From the human T2T-CHM13v2.0 reference genome, Homo sapiens, in assembly GCA_009914755.4 (NCBI GenBank), contig CP068257.2, positions 16,384,001 through 16,448,000 of the forward strand: a stretch of DNA of 64,000 nt, written 5' to 3'. Shown here in pieces: positions 40,171-53,500 of this stretch. Position 1 is the stretch's first letter. Each line of letters opens with the position of its first letter. Under the pieces are notes generated by a model, which was given only the letters and a program-made list of their open reading frames with translations, was not told the origin of the DNA and ran no database searches. Position numbers and translations under genes: made by a program.

Positions 40171-42019
40171 GTATGTATGCACCTCAGTTATATGTTTGTA
40201 TCTCCTATAGGTTCTGTTTCTCTGGATAACTCTAATACAATAATTAGTTAAATTAAGTTAAAACAGAATAAACAAGAATATTGCTGTTAGCACAAATGGA
40301 ATCATGGCTTCAAATGATTTGTGTCAGTGGGACTAGTAATTATTCTATCTTTGTGTGTAGTTTAAACGAAGGAAGGCTATTTGTGAATCAGACTCCAATC
40401 ATGCTTCTGATAATGGTGGTTGCACTACCATCTGAAGGATAGCATTCATGGGTAGGCTCTGTGGAAAGGACTGGTGCTTGTACACACTAATAGTTATTTT
40501 GCCAGCACTTGCTCTTGAAACACAAATGGCACATACATACACAAATGTACTCACACACACAGAGATTCTCTTTTTGTAGCCAGTAATGCCTGCTTTTAAA
40601 TTCAAGCAACAATTAGCAGTCCTGCATTGGAATAGGCATTATAAGGTACTATATGCCTTCTGTGGATGTAAACCATCTTTTTCATCTTTGTATCTCTAAA
40701 CCCTAACAGACTGCTTGGACCATAACATGCACCAAAAAATATTGTATGATGAATGGATTTAATGCATAAATGAGTGCATAAAATACATGCTCGTCTGTGA
40801 TTAACGGAATGCACATAGTTCACGCAAGGAGTTTTGAGCATTGAGAATACTACATGTGTTTGAATACTTGAAACTTGTGCCATTAGTGATATTTCTTCCC
40901 TGAAAAGTACAGTATTATTTAATAAGAAGGGAAGGATTTTACCCAAAACATTACAATCCTGGAGATTGCAATCAAGTTGCTGATGAAGCCTCAGAAAAGA
41001 ACCAGACAGAGCATCATCATATTAAAATTTTGAAGAAGCTCCGGAGAAGAACATCAGTGTTTTAGCAAAGCAAGTGATCATTCATCATTCAGAGGCACTC
41101 ATTAAGTGCAGTATTGGAAACAAATTTGATAGAATATGAAAGACTATGGCACTTTTGGTTTCCTTGGCAGGAAAAGCTCAAATGAAGTTTTGGTAAATTG
41201 TTCGAGGGTATTAGGAAATGCATCTAAAAAAATGCTTTTAACAGGAATGCTGTGATGGCACATTTGAGAAGGAGGAAGCCCACAGCTGATAGTGATGCAT
41301 GGCTATTTAACATAAACAACCAAATCCAATTTAGCTGCTTCATCAGAAAATTTGAAAGGCAAGTATTTGTTAAGTTTCAATGACCTCCCAATATATAAAT
41401 CTATAGCAAATTCTACCAGAGAGATTATGGAGGATTTTGGTACTGGTTGCTGATCTAAGATTGAGTTAAATTTACTGGAATTTCTTTTTCATGGCCCCAA
41501 ATTATAATTTATGCTACTAAATTATGTTTTCTGTCAAATATAAGGCTATATATTTTACTATATGTTATTGAAAGCTAGGAAATTATGTACCTGATTTGCA
41601 ATCTTGTTCCATAAATAAGGAACATTTCTTTTCCTGTAAACTGAGATTCTCAGGCTGGAAATTGCTCAATTTTAATGGATACTCTAGCAATTTATTTTCT
41701 CCTAATTACATAGTTTTATATCTGGTTTTTAAACCTCAATATGGGAATGTCTCATGATTGTTTAATTCATATTTGAATATTTTATTTCAGTGATGCTGCA
41801 GGTTTGAATGACCGTCTCTAGGAATAAATGGCTAGTGAGAGATCCCACTCCGTTTTCTGCATGAATAAGAGATCTTATCACAACTTTGTGGAACAAACCT
41901 TGGGACAGGGATAGAGAAAATCATGTAGGGAGAAAAGGAAACAAATCACTGCCATTACCCAAACAGAAATATGCTGGCTTCCTGCTACCACATTTTCTGG
42001 AAAGTATAACTTAGGGGGG

Positions 42020-42440
42020 TGTTATGGCCTGAATTCTCTTCCCCTCCCTCCAAATTCATATATTGGAAATCCTAATCCTTAGTACCTCCGAATGTGACTT
42101 TATTTAGAGATAGGGTCTTTAAAGGGGCAATTAAATTGAAATGAGGCTTTTATGGTGGGACCTAATCCAATCTAACTGGTATCCTTATAAGAAGACGAAA
42201 TTTGGACACACAAATAGGTACCAGGAAAGAATGTGCACAGAGAAATGATTATGGGAAGTGACACAATAGGTTGGCCACCTACAAGCAAGGAGAGAGGCCT
42301 CAGAAGAAACCAGACCTGATGACACCTTGATCTTGACCCTCCTAAGCCTCCAGAACTATGAGAAAATAAACTTCTGTTATTTAAGTTACCCAGTCTGCGG
42401 TATTTTGTTCTGGCAGCTCTAGTGAACTAATACAGGGAGG
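42020..42440 (+). mobile_element. MaLR MLT1 (old subfamily) LTR
   Basis: ttatggcctgaattctcttcccctccctccaaattcatatattggaaatcctaatcc...ggtgggacctaatccaatctaactggtatccttataagaagacgaaatttggacacacaaata...caagcaaggagagaggcctcagaagaaaccagacctgatgacaccttgatcttgaccctcctaagcctccagaactatgagaaaataaacttctgttatttaagttacccagtctgcggtattttgttctggcagctctagtgaactaatacag. Confidence 0.75.
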
Positions 42441-42599
42441 TAGAAGAATCTTCATGGGTTATGTTTTATGCCAGATGGTGTGAGAGGCTCCTTGCAGGCA
42501 TTCGCCTCAGCACATTTTCACAACACTTTTAAGCAGTATAGAAAGATGTCTGAGCTAGTGGGAAAGAGCTTATCTTTGGGAGATGAGTATAAACTTACA

Positions 42600-43060
42600 G
42601 GTTGAATTGTGTTCCTCCAAAAAGGTATGTTGAAATCCAAAAACCCAATGCCTCAGAATGTGATCTTATTTGACAATAGGATCATTGCAGATGTAGTCAA
42701 GTTAAGATGAAGTCATTAGTGTGAGTGTTCATCCAATATGACTGGTTTCCTCAAAAAACAAGTAGAAATTTGAATGTAGACATGTACAAAAGAATGTCAT
42801 GTGAAGATAAAGGGAGAAACCGGGGTGATGTTTCCACCAGCCCAGGGATGTCAGAGATTGGCAGCAAACCACTGAAGCTTGGAGAGAGACATGGAACAGA
42901 TTCTTCCTCGCAGCCCTTTGAAAGAACCAATCCTGAAACAGCCCTTTGAAAGAACACCTTGATTTTTGACTTCTAGTCGTTAGACTATGAAACAATCAGT
43001 TTCTTCTGTTTAAGCCACTCAGTTTGTGGTACTTAGTTACAGCAGTTCTAGGGAACCAAT
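42600..43060 (+). mobile_element. Second, older and more diverged MaLR MLT1-type LTR
   Basis: ttgtgttcctccaaaaaggtatgttgaaatccaaaaacccaatgcctcagaatgtgatcttatttgacaataggatcattgcagatgtagtcaagttaagatgaagtcatt...cttgatttttgacttctagtcgttagactatgaaacaatcagtttcttctgtttaagccactcagtttgtggtacttagttacagcagttctagggaaccaatac. The ORFs 42725..42949, 42729..42995 and 42751..42957 lie inside it. Confidence 0.55.
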
Positions 43061-43565
43061 ACTTGCCTTAGTTCCTTTTTCCTTCATATTTGAGAAATAA
43101 GGATGCCTGAATCCTAACTGGCAATCATAGAGTGTTTATAAGGTTCTCTGAGCATTACTTACCATTGCTATTCCAAACAATTTTTCTCCTCTCTTTTGTT
43201 CTACTTGTGATATTATCACGCAACAGTCTAGCCAGAAAGGTCATTTGTGATGGATTCCCCAGCTTGTATTTCTCCATGCCCAAAGAGTTGCTGGGCAGAT
43301 TAAAAAATATATGTGCTCATTTCAGCATTTACTTAATTTTAATTGTTGCTCTGTTTTATTTTTCCTTCCTCCAAGTCTTCCATCTTTCTCTTTTCATCTA
43401 AATACTTTTTTTCTCTTATTGGTTTTTATTATTTTTCTCACTTATTTTTATAAATAAAATAAATGCACAACAATTTTTATTAATTTTGTTCTTCCTTCAA
43501 ACTATGGCCCCAAATAATTTACTTCTCTTCAAACATAAACTTCTATTCAAGAGCAAACTTCTTTA

Positions 43566-43940
<375 letters not shown>

Positions 43941-44892
43941 TAATCCAACTGGGCCTCATTCTTGCACCCTATTCTCACCTGGAAAGTGCTCTCGTAGATG
44001 TTCCCAAGTTGAATCGACCTTTTGAAGTCCTCATCTTACTTGCATCTGTGCATTGTTGAAAATTTCCTTCTTACATATTCTGTCCGCTCTTGGTTATGTA
44101 TGAAGCAACATTTCATTTTGCTTAATTGGCTAGCTCTACTCAATATTATAAGGAAATTTCTTTTTTTTTTTTTTAACCCTAAACCCTGAGGTTTTCCAGG
44201 TGTCAATCAATAACTGAAGGATCTGAGGTTTTACTTTATTCGCAAGTTAATCTGCTACAGTTTCTTATGACTCCTGGGTAAGAGACAAAGAATCATTTTA
44301 CTCACAACAGTGGCAGCCAGAGAATTTAGCATTTGCATCATTTTCCAAGCTCCAGTTCCCAGAAGGTTACCTGAAGAGAGCCAGATGAGGCCAACACATT
44401 CAGTAAGTTGTGTTATTGAAGAGGAACCTTGAGGTTAGAGTAAGCAAATTTTTTTATCTCAATTTTATTAGTAAAAACATGCAGAGAAAAATTTCTAGAA
44501 TAATTATAAGAAAATGTTAATATTAATTATCTTTCGGGGGAAACATAATGAAATTTCAGAATAATAATAAAAGGTTTCTAAGACCTACAGATGACAATTC
44601 CTTCTGAGCAATGTTGAATACAACACACTACCAGAAAGGAATTGGACAAACCACAGGAGTGTGCTGCCTAAAAGAGGACCTTTGCATTCAACTTGGTCAT
44701 TCCTTTACTCGAAAATCCCATTTCGTATTCTATCATTTTATTGCTGTTTTTGCCTATAAATACCACCAAATACACTAGTGGATATCAGCTTTTAAAAATA
44801 ATTTTCCAACAATGTCATTGGTAATTGTTATACTTTTATAGTCCATTGATTGAGAATATACATATATAAAGTCTGTATAGTGTCCAGGGATA

Positions 44893-44940
44893 TAAGGGGA
44901 TTATATATATATATGTGGAATATATATATATATATATGGA
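44893..44940. repeat. (TA)n microsatellite
   Basis: atatatatatatgtggaatatatatatatatatatgg. Confidence 0.85.
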
Positions 44941-45150
44941 TTATTTGATCCCTGGACACTGTACCTGCTCTATGACCCATGCGTCCAAGAGTGGTTTGGG
45001 AACTGCTATTCTATATCTTTTAGTGTTTGATACATAAAGTTGACTTAGTACATTGTGCAATGACAAAGATGGTGGTAAAATTACTTTTTCCTAAAACAGT
45101 GACTACTAAAATTTACAACTACAAAATATGTTCTACGGCTTAGAACATAC

Positions 45151-45289
45151 TTTTTATTTTTAAATTTTTTGTAAAGACAGAGTCTTGCTGTGTTGCCCAG
45201 GCTGGTCTCAAACTCCTGGGCTCAAGTGATCGTCCCTCCTCAGCCTCCCAAAGTGCTGAGATTACAGACATGAGCCTCTGCACCAGCCC
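45151..45289 (-). mobile_element. Partial Alu (left-monomer / FLAM-like), antisense
   Basis: tttttatttttaaattttttgtaaagacagagtcttgctgtgttgcccaggctggtctcaaactcctgggctcaagtgatcgtccctcctcagcctcccaaagtgctgagattacagacatgagcctctgcaccagccc is the reverse complement of the Alu left arm only. Confidence 0.8.
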
Positions 45290-45295
45290 AAACTT

Positions 45296-45420
45296 TTCTT
45301 TTCCTCCCTCTCTCCCTCCCTCACTTCTTCCTCCCTTCCCTTCCTTTTCTTTCCCTCCTTTTCTTTCCCTTCCCTTCCCTTCCCTTCCCTTCCCTTCCCT
45401 TCCCTCCCCCCCCCCACCCA
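45296..45420. repeat. Polypyrimidine microsatellite (CCCTT/CCTTC)n ending in a C10 run
   Basis: ttttcctccctctctccctccctcacttcttcctcccttcccttcc...(cccttc)x8...ccctcccccccccaccc. The ORFs 45140..45553 (minus) and 45270..45623 (plus) are low-complexity read-throughs of this tract and the adjacent Alu. Confidence 0.9.
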
Positions 45421-46526
45421 TTTCCTTTGCTTTCCTGTTTGTTCTTTTTGTTCTTTTCTTTTCTTTCGTTCTCTGGCTAGTCTGGAACTCCTGGGCTACA
45501 AATTGGGTATACTGCTCAGGTGATGGGTGCACCAAAATCTCACACATCACCACTAAAGAACTTACTCATGTAACCAAACACCACCTGTTCCCCAGAAACC
45601 TATGGAAAAAAAACTTTTTTTAAAAAAGTTCTCCTTGTGTTAATTTTAAGTAGAAAAATAACATTAATGTATTGAGTCTACTTTGAGCTGCAACTTTGAA
45701 GACAAAAGAGCAAGTTCTAAAGCTAATTTCTTTTCTTCTGTATTCTCTAGATCCATGTTTCAAAAAGAGGGATTTCACAAAATTCACCAGCAGTCCTTAG
45801 GATTACATTGGTACTGAAGTATAGCTAGGGAAAAAAAAAAGTAAAATTGGAGATGAGATAAAACTGTACTAAGTTCGAGAGTAAGCAAATATTTCATAAT
45901 GGGCATTAAGCCTGCCTGCCTTTTGCTCAGCAGGAAGGCATTATTTTAATTACACTGGGCAATAAACAAATCTTCTTATCTTCTCTAATCTCCAAGCTTG
46001 TTCACTATAAAAACATCATTGAAAAGATCAGAATAAACGCTGTTAGTGCTTCTATAGATATGCAGAAACCAAGACACCCATGTAGAACTGACTCCCAATC
46101 AAAGAAGTGCGTTACATACCCCGTCCTCCACATGTCCTTCCTGGATGACCTCAACTCCCCATAACTTCAACTACTGCTTGTACCCTAGTGACTTCTAAAT
46201 CTGTCTCTCTCAACTCTAAGTAACTATGGAAACTTGGGTGCTATAACCAAAATAGTATTATAGTATCCTTTTTTTTTTTGTTTACTCCAATTATGTTCTC
46301 TTCCTGCATTACTCAGTTCAGTAAGTCTTGTCAATATTTATTTGTTATTCTAAACTAGTAAATCGCAGATATTATTTGAATATTTGTTTCTTATACTAAG
46401 TCATTAAAGCCCTGTTGATTTTCTTGAATATATATATTTTTTCAATTTTTACTCCTCTTGCCCATTTCTGTCTCAGTCCAGACCCTCAAAATCCTACTCT
46501 TCCTACTTTGGACTATAACTACAGCA

Positions 46527-46824
46527 TTTTTTTTTTTTTTTTTTTGAGAGGTAGTCTCACCCTGTCCCCCAGGCTGGAGTACAATGGTGCAGTGCAGCTC
46601 ACTGCAACCTCTGCTTTCCGGGTTCAAATGATTCTCCCGCCACAGCCTCCGGAGTAGCTAGGACTACAGGTGCATGCCACCACACCTGGCTAATTTTTGT
46701 ATTTTTAGTAGAGATGGGTTTTCACTATGGTGGCCAGGCTGGTCTCGAACCCCTGACCTCATGATCCGCCCACCTCAGCCTCCCAAAGTGCTAGGATTAC
46801 AGGCATGAGTCACCGCACCCGGCC
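46527..46824 (-). mobile_element. Alu SINE (antisense), full length
   Basis: Poly(T)19, then gagaggtagtctcaccctgtcccccaggctggagtacaatggtgcagtgcagctcactgcaacctctgctttccgggttcaaatgattctcccgccacagcctcc...cctcccaaagtgctaggattacaggcatgagtcaccgcacccggcc. Short TSD ctacagc. The ORFs 46415..46657 and 46442..46627 are Alu-derived. Confidence 0.93.
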
Positions 46825-46887
46825 AGCTACAGCTCTTTCAGTTGGTCTCCCTGTTTCTATGATCACCCCTTCAGTTCTACCCTCTAC

Positions 46888-46990
46888 ATGATTCCCTATG
46901 TGATTTTTCTAAGAGACAATTATTTCATTTCTACCCTCTACACAGCTCCCCACGTGATTTTTCTAAGAGACAATTATTTCATTTCAGGCT
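46888..46990. repeat. Tandem duplication, 2 copies of about 48 bp
   Basis: ccctatgtgatttttctaagagacaattatttcatttctaccctctaca followed by gctccccacgtgatttttctaagagacaattatttcatttcag. The ORF 46888..47070 spans it. Confidence 0.85.
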
Positions 46991-47437
46991 CAGAAAACTT
47001 AATTCTCCTATCAATAGTACTTAGAATTTCCCCTGAACTCCAAGGTGCAGATGGATTCCTAGCCAAGTAGAAAGTGATTATACATTTCTATTTCATTTCT
47101 ATTTCTATTACATTTCTATTTCTATTACATTTCTATTTCATTCTATTTCCATAAATCATACATGCCTATATTTTATGTAATATTTAATATTCGAATTAAG
47201 TTTTACACTTACCAATACATACTACAAATATCACAACCGTCTTCAAATATCAGGCTTACTTTTGTCTTAATCTTTCCACTCTGCTGGTCTGTGCATTGTA
47301 AAAATTTTGTTATGGGCTTTATAAATAAAGTTCTTTCAGTTCTTTTATAGAATAGTGTAGTAACCTATTTAAATAAATCTTTTTTAAATAGTTTGCATTA
47401 CAGAAGTATATGGCTGAGCTGCTAGCAGATCTTAACA

Positions 47438-47630
47438 TTCTTAATTCTAAAACTATTAATAGTAAATGTAAAAAATATATAATTCTGATTAAAAACAACG
47501 TTCTTAATTCTAAAACTATTAATAGTAAACATAAAAATATATAATTCTGATTAAAAACAACGTTAATTCTAAAACTATTAATAGTAATCATAAAAATATA
47601 TAATTCTGATTGAAAAACAATTTTAAACAT
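47438..47630. repeat. Minisatellite, 3 copies of a roughly 61 bp unit
   Basis: The unit ttcttaattctaaaactattaatagtaaatgtaaaaaatatataattctgattaaaaacaacg is repeated three times with small differences. The ORF 47319..47630 (minus) reads through it. Confidence 0.9.
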
Positions 47631-50600
47631 CTCTCTTTAGTTGAAAGCTCTCCCTCCTTATGGCTTCAATGTGAATTCTGTCACAATGCACTTAGTGATG
47701 AGCATTAAAAAGCCCACTTATAATTTGTCATTAGAAATTATAGTGAGAAATATTTTTTAAGACACAATGCTAGTTACATGGATGAAGCCCTCTCCCATCC
47801 CTCCCCTTTGTTATAAAGGAGTTGACATTATCAAGTGCAAGGGCTTCAGATTTAAGACGGGAATTTAGGAGAAGACTCTAGTTAAAATAAGTATTTGAAG
47901 TTATATTGAATATAGGAATTTCAATAAAGAGAAATTTTGATGTTATTGCAATGAGAGTAAAATTAAACTGTAGGGTACAGTCCTAATTTTGTGTATGTGT
48001 AGTAACAATTCTGCAAGTATTAAGAGAAATAACTTGTTATTTAAGATAAAAAAAAAACCCATGGATGAGGTAATACAATCTTTACTGACCATCTAGACAC
48101 AAGCTTGTTACAAGAACATAACCTTGGCAGATGGATCTCCAATTGCTGCATGTCAAAAAGTCAGTCTGCCACCTCACCTGAGGGTGGAGAACCTCTTATA
48201 CCAAATATACCTATAAAAAAGTTTTCTTTTTTCTATATTCAATGGACTTTTAATTTCAAACTATTTTATATTAGAGTTCATTACAATGACATTTGAAAAA
48301 TGTTAATATCTCCATGTATTTTGATGTCTCATTTATTATTAAAGTTTATATTTTGATACATAAAAGCTAAGCCTTTGGAAGGCTTCTTATCAATGTGTAA
48401 CTTCTTCAGTAACAATAACATTTAGATAAGGAATATTTTGGAGATGGGAAATATTACAAACCATCTCAGTGAATCCTTGTGACATTTATCTCATTTATAA
48501 TGACTTTAGTGGGTGTTGATAATGAAGTGTCTATTATTAATACTCCTACATAGGAAAACTTTTTGAAATAGACAAAACGTTAGCAACTTTAATCTGGAAT
48601 ACAAGGTTAGTACTAGCTTAAAAGTTTTTAAATTAAGGTGAAAATCTGAAAGTAATGCCAGGCAACAAGTTTTAAAAATGACATCCATAAGGTGAATAAA
48701 AAATTCAGCAGCAAGTGAAATTGGTTGCATTTTGAGTAGATTTCAGACTGTAGTTTTACCTTAATAAATACATCAATTGCAGTCTTTCTGAGTGATTAGC
48801 TTTAATCATCATCCATCTTTTGCATCAGTAATGTATGGCATGGCATGAAGCCTTTTTATACTTCTAATGATTACATTAAATTGACTTAAACTTTCAGGAA
48901 GATTCTATGAGTTTTTCTATTTTAAATTATTAACCTGAAAAAAATTTCCACCTTATCTTTTTACTGCATGAATTCTAATGATTATTCAACCGGCATTATT
49001 TATCTGAATTAAAAAGTGCAATATTCACATTGAGATTTCAGTTCATTTTTTTTCTAAATCTATCTTTCAGGAAGGAAAAAATAGCTAAGAATAAAAAGAT
49101 TAGCTTTATATTTTACCTGGCTTACCTCCCAATCTCAGACACCTCAAAATATATAATGTGTTTATTAGTGATTAATTATTTTTATTAGGTATTCACAATC
49201 ATTTATGTAACTTATTACATACTATGTTATTTTCAGACTATATGTAGATTATATTTATCTTGATGTAATTTAATAAAATAAACTTTATTTTTAAAAAACA
49301 GTTAAAAATAAATTTCATAACATTTAGCTTGGGATAGAAGGTCATTTTTTTTCTTATAATTCTGATTTTGCATCACTTAGACATGGAATTAAACAGATGT
49401 GTGAGCTGAAATGTCGAAAGAATACTTTGATTATTTTAGTGGCTGAGACATGAATCTAATGGATTACTGCTGAATAAATTGCTGAGCTATTGACATCATA
49501 ATGGCTGATGGAATTGATTATATAGAAAATAGCCACTGTTTTTCTAGTGATTGAGTGATGGAAAAGATCTCATTTTGCCTGTCAGCCTTTATGAAATTAT
49601 CCCTGGAAAGAACAGGCTATGTGCATGTCTGTTAGAACAATGAGAATTGCTAAATAACTTCTGACTTAGACACAAGTCACTTGTCACATGAGCAAAATTT
49701 AATAACAGACTTTAAGCAATAGTCTTGGATATGGGGCACTCTAAGAATTTCTAAATTAGACTGTTATTACTTGCTGGTGTTTGCTGTTCTGAAGAACATT
49801 ACACAGGCTTTATGTAAGTTTCTTTTGAAGACAAAGTAGTAATGTATATGAGGTAATAACATACATATCGAGACATTGCTATAAAGAATAGATGATATAG
49901 AGAGGGATGGATGCATTGTATTTTCCCCTGTGCTTTTAAAAGTTTTCGCTTGACTAATTGATTCAAATACTTGAAGAGGAACTTGTGGTGGGCTGTCCTT
50001 TTTGATATGTTTAAAATTTCCCCTAAAATTTTTTCTTACTTTTTTCTTCCACATTCTGTTATTAGGTTTTCTAAGTTTATTTTCTATGGAAAAAGAATTA
50101 AGAGAAAAATTAATCCACTCCTGGGAAAGACTAGAATATGGAAGTCTTCAGGCTGAGTCAGAGAAAATTTCTTTTCAAAGTTTAGATTAAAAATGTTGCT
50201 GATTGTGGAGACTGAGAAGAAAAGGAGAGAGATTTGAGGAGCCCGTAGAAAGAATGGGGAGTTGATACATTTGCAGGGACAATGACTAAGGACCAGATGT
50301 AACGAAGGATGTCTGGGCAGGGGCCACAGTAGTTTGATAAAGAGATAGTTACTAATGGCCTATTTCCAAGCCAGCTTCTCAAACTTAAATGTAATCACAA
50401 AGAAAAGGGGGTAGTAAATTGATTGAGTTTGAAAAATTAAGATGTCTTTTTTGATATTTGAATTTTTGAATGTATATTCAGAGTCACTTCTATTTCAGAA
50501 TGACAACTTCTATTATCCACTCAGAAAATGCAGGAAATTCATTCTTTAATTATAACTACATGGACTAAAGAATGCTCTCAGCCTCATGCCACCTTCTTTG

Positions 50601-50869
50601 GGTTGATGGAACTTCTGAGAAAATGGGTTATGAGTTATAGAGCGTCACGCTTTGCCAACCTCTGAAAATGCCAATATTCATGTCTGTGGTTTCAGGCAAA
50701 AATATTCTAGTACTGTAATTCTAGAAAGAGAACAAATTAGAAAGATTGCTCTGCAAATGTCAAAATAAATTCCAAGACATCTCTTTCCCCATGTTTACCA
50801 TACAATTCCCTGTGACCGTAATTGAAACTATAAAGTCAGACACTCTTGGATTGACCCTTCATCACCACT

Positions 50870-51050
50870 CCTTACTACCTATGGGAACTTGGGCAAGATA
50901 CTTAACCTCTCTTGGTCTCAGTTTCATTATATTTAAAATTAGGATTATTATTTGTATCTCACAGGTTGTAGTAAGAATATACGGAAAACTGGTACATGGT
51001 ATTTAATCAATGGTAGCTATTTTTATAATGATAACTTCCACATTGCTCAT
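50870..51050 (+). mobile_element. MIR SINE fragment
   Basis: cttgggcaagatacttaacctctcttggtctcagtttcattatatttaaaattaggattattatttgtatctcacaggttgtagtaagaatata matches the MIR segment ggcaagtcacttaacctctctgagcctcagtttcctcatctgtaaaatgggga...cacagggttgttgtgaggattaa. Confidence 0.4.
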
Positions 51051-51122
51051 TTCCATCATCTGCCTGCTAATAGGCACTGTTCTATTTTGTGTCCATCTGT
51101 ACATGATCTCTATGTCTGCCTT

Positions 51123-53245
51123 TGCTATGGTCTAAATGTTATTGTACCCCCAAAATGCATACAACAAAATCCTGACCTATAAGATAATGGCGTTAGGAGG
51201 TGGATATTTGAAAGGTGATTAGGTAACAGGAGCAGGACTGTCGTGAGTAGGATTAGTGCCTTTATAAAAGAGTCTCTAGAGAGATCTCTCCTCTTTTCTA
51301 CCACCCGAGGACACAGCAAAAAGACAGCTGTTTACAAGTCAGGACGTGAGCCCTTCCCAGACACTGAATCTGGAAGCATCTCGATCTTGGACTTCTCAGC
51401 TTCCAGAACTGAGAAAGATAAATTTCTGTTGTTTATATGCCACCTAGTTTATGGCATTTTGTTATAGTAGCCTGCATGGACTAAGACAGAGAACTGGTAC
51501 CAAGAAGTGGGGGCACTGCCATAACAAATACCTAAAAATGTGGAAGTGGCTTTGGAATAGGATAATGGATAGAGATTGGAAGAGTTGTGAAGTGCATGCT
51601 AGAACAAACTTCTTAGAGAATACCTGAACAGATGTTGGTAGAAATATGGAAGGTAAAGGCCATGCTGATGAGATCTCAAATGGAAATGAGGAACATGTTA
51701 TTGGAGGAAAGACCATCTTGTTGTGAAGTGGCAAAAAACTTTGTTCAAATTGTGTTCATGTCCAAGTATTTTGTAGAAGATAGAACTTGTGTAAGATGAA
51801 ATTGGATATTTGAGAAAATATCTAAGCAAAATGTTGAAGGTATGGCTTGGCTTCTCTTGATGGCTTTTAGTAAAAGGCAAGAAGAGAAAAATGATTTAAA
51901 GATGAAGTTGTTTATTAAAAAAGAAGCAGAACTTGAAGATTTGGAATATTCTGAGCCTATTCATTCTGAAAAGAATGAGAGAGCCTATCTGGGAGAGAAC
52001 ACAAAGGATGTGGTCAAGATTAACTGATAGGGAGATTAGTTAGTTATTTAAACAGAAGCCAGGAACTATTGTCTAAGACAATAGAAGAATGATCCAGAGT
52101 CAATTTGCATTACAGGTCTAGGGTGCAAGAGCCCCAGCAAGGGTGGAGCCACTGGAGAGAGCCCTCATTAGGGCAATGCCTAGTGGATTCATGGGGCCAG
52201 GGCCACTTTTGTGATCTCAGACAGGTAGAGCCACCAAAGTGAAATTCCATCCCCAGGGAGCTGTGGTCTCCAGACAGAGGAACAGAGCTGCCACACAGAT
52301 TGGGCCACTTCAGAGAACTGCTACAAGAATGGGACCACCTAAAGTTGTGGGATTAGGGTTGTTTGGAACCTTGGCGGCCTATTTACTGACCTGAAAAGCT
52401 GTTGGGGAGCCACCCCAGTGGGGCCAGAATGTGAGACTCCTGGCTCAGTGAGTCTGGAAGGCAGGATTCCCACCTCAGTGTGCATGGAGGGTAGAGCATT
52501 AAGTCAAAGAATACCTTCAAACCCTAAGGCTTTGGAGCTACTTGGGATCTGTCACTCATTTCTTCTTTCCTATTTTCCCTTTTGGAATGGGATTGTCTGT
52601 CCTGTGCCTGTCACACCATTGTTTCTTGGAAATGTATAACTTCTTTGATTTCATAAGTTTGCAGGTGAATGGGAATTTGCCTCCTGAGGCAAATCATACC
52701 TTAAGTCTCACCCATATCTGATTTAAGTAATATTTATATGAGACTTTGGACTTTAGACTTTTGAGTTAATGCTGGAGCAAGTTAAGATTTTGGAGCTATT
52801 GGGATGGGATGAATATATTTTGCAGGATTGAAGGATATAAATTTTGGGGGCCAAGGGACAGAGGGCTATGGTCCAAATGTTTGTGTCCCTCTAAAATTTA
52901 TATGTAGAAATCCTTACCTCTAAGGTGATTGTATTAGGAGGTGGAATCTTTGGGAAGTAATTAGGTCATGGGGATGAAGCTTTCACGGATGAGATTAGTG
53001 CCCTTACAATAGAGACTCCAGAGAGCTCCTTTGCCCATTTTGCAATGTGAGGACACATTGAAAGAGTGTGAAAGAGTGCTGTTTAGGACGCAAACCCTCA
53101 CCAAACGCTGAATCTGCCAACACCTTGATCTTGGACTTCCAAGCCTCCCGAATTGTGAGAAATAAATTTCTGTGTTTCTAAGCCACTAAGTCTATGATAT
53201 TTTTGTAGCAGTCTGAATGGACTATTGGAATAAGACAACCTTATT
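51123..53245 (+). mobile_element. Complete MaLR MLT1-type element: 5-prime LTR, internal region, 3-prime LTR
   Basis: The 5-prime LTR is 51123-51487 (tgctatggtctaaatgttattgtaccccc ... cttccagaactgagaaagataaatttctgttgtttatatgccacctagtttatggcattttgttatagtagcctgcatggactaagac). The internal region is 51488-52863 (gagaactggtaccaagaagtgggggcactgccataacaaatacctaaaaatgtggaagtggctttggaatagg... is the MaLR internal hallmark). The 3-prime LTR is 52864-53245 (ggctatggtccaaatgtttgtgtccctc ... ccaagcctcccgaattgtgagaaataaatttctgtgtttctaagccactaagtctatgatatttttgtagcagtctgaatggactattggaataagaca). The flanks gcctt / acctt give a 4 of 5 bp TSD. The ORFs 51125..52639 in this interval are non-coding read-throughs. 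Confidence 0.7.
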
Positions 53246-53500
53246 ACCATCATCAGTAATCAACTTTCTCCTTCTTTTCCCAACCCCTGCTAGGGATGGA
53301 CTCTGCCATATGTTATGTACAATGGCCTTGAAGAAGAACGGGAGATTTAAGAGTAATTTCAGTATAACGTGTGGTTAGAAGTATGGACTTGAGTCAAACT
53401 ATTGGGTTTATAATTCAGGGTCTGCCATTTACACGATATCTCTTTCTCTGGATAAGTGGATTATTCTTTCTGTGCCTAGCCTTCTTCATTTGTAAAACGG

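Noticed and set aside
45140-45623. Two overlapping ORFs (137 aa minus, 117 aa plus) with strongly biased composition (GGKEKEGKG... and [10 protein letters not shown]...)
   Set aside because: Both are translations of the (CCCTT)n polypyrimidine microsatellite and the adjacent partial Alu. The open frames come from the repeat periodicity, not from coding.
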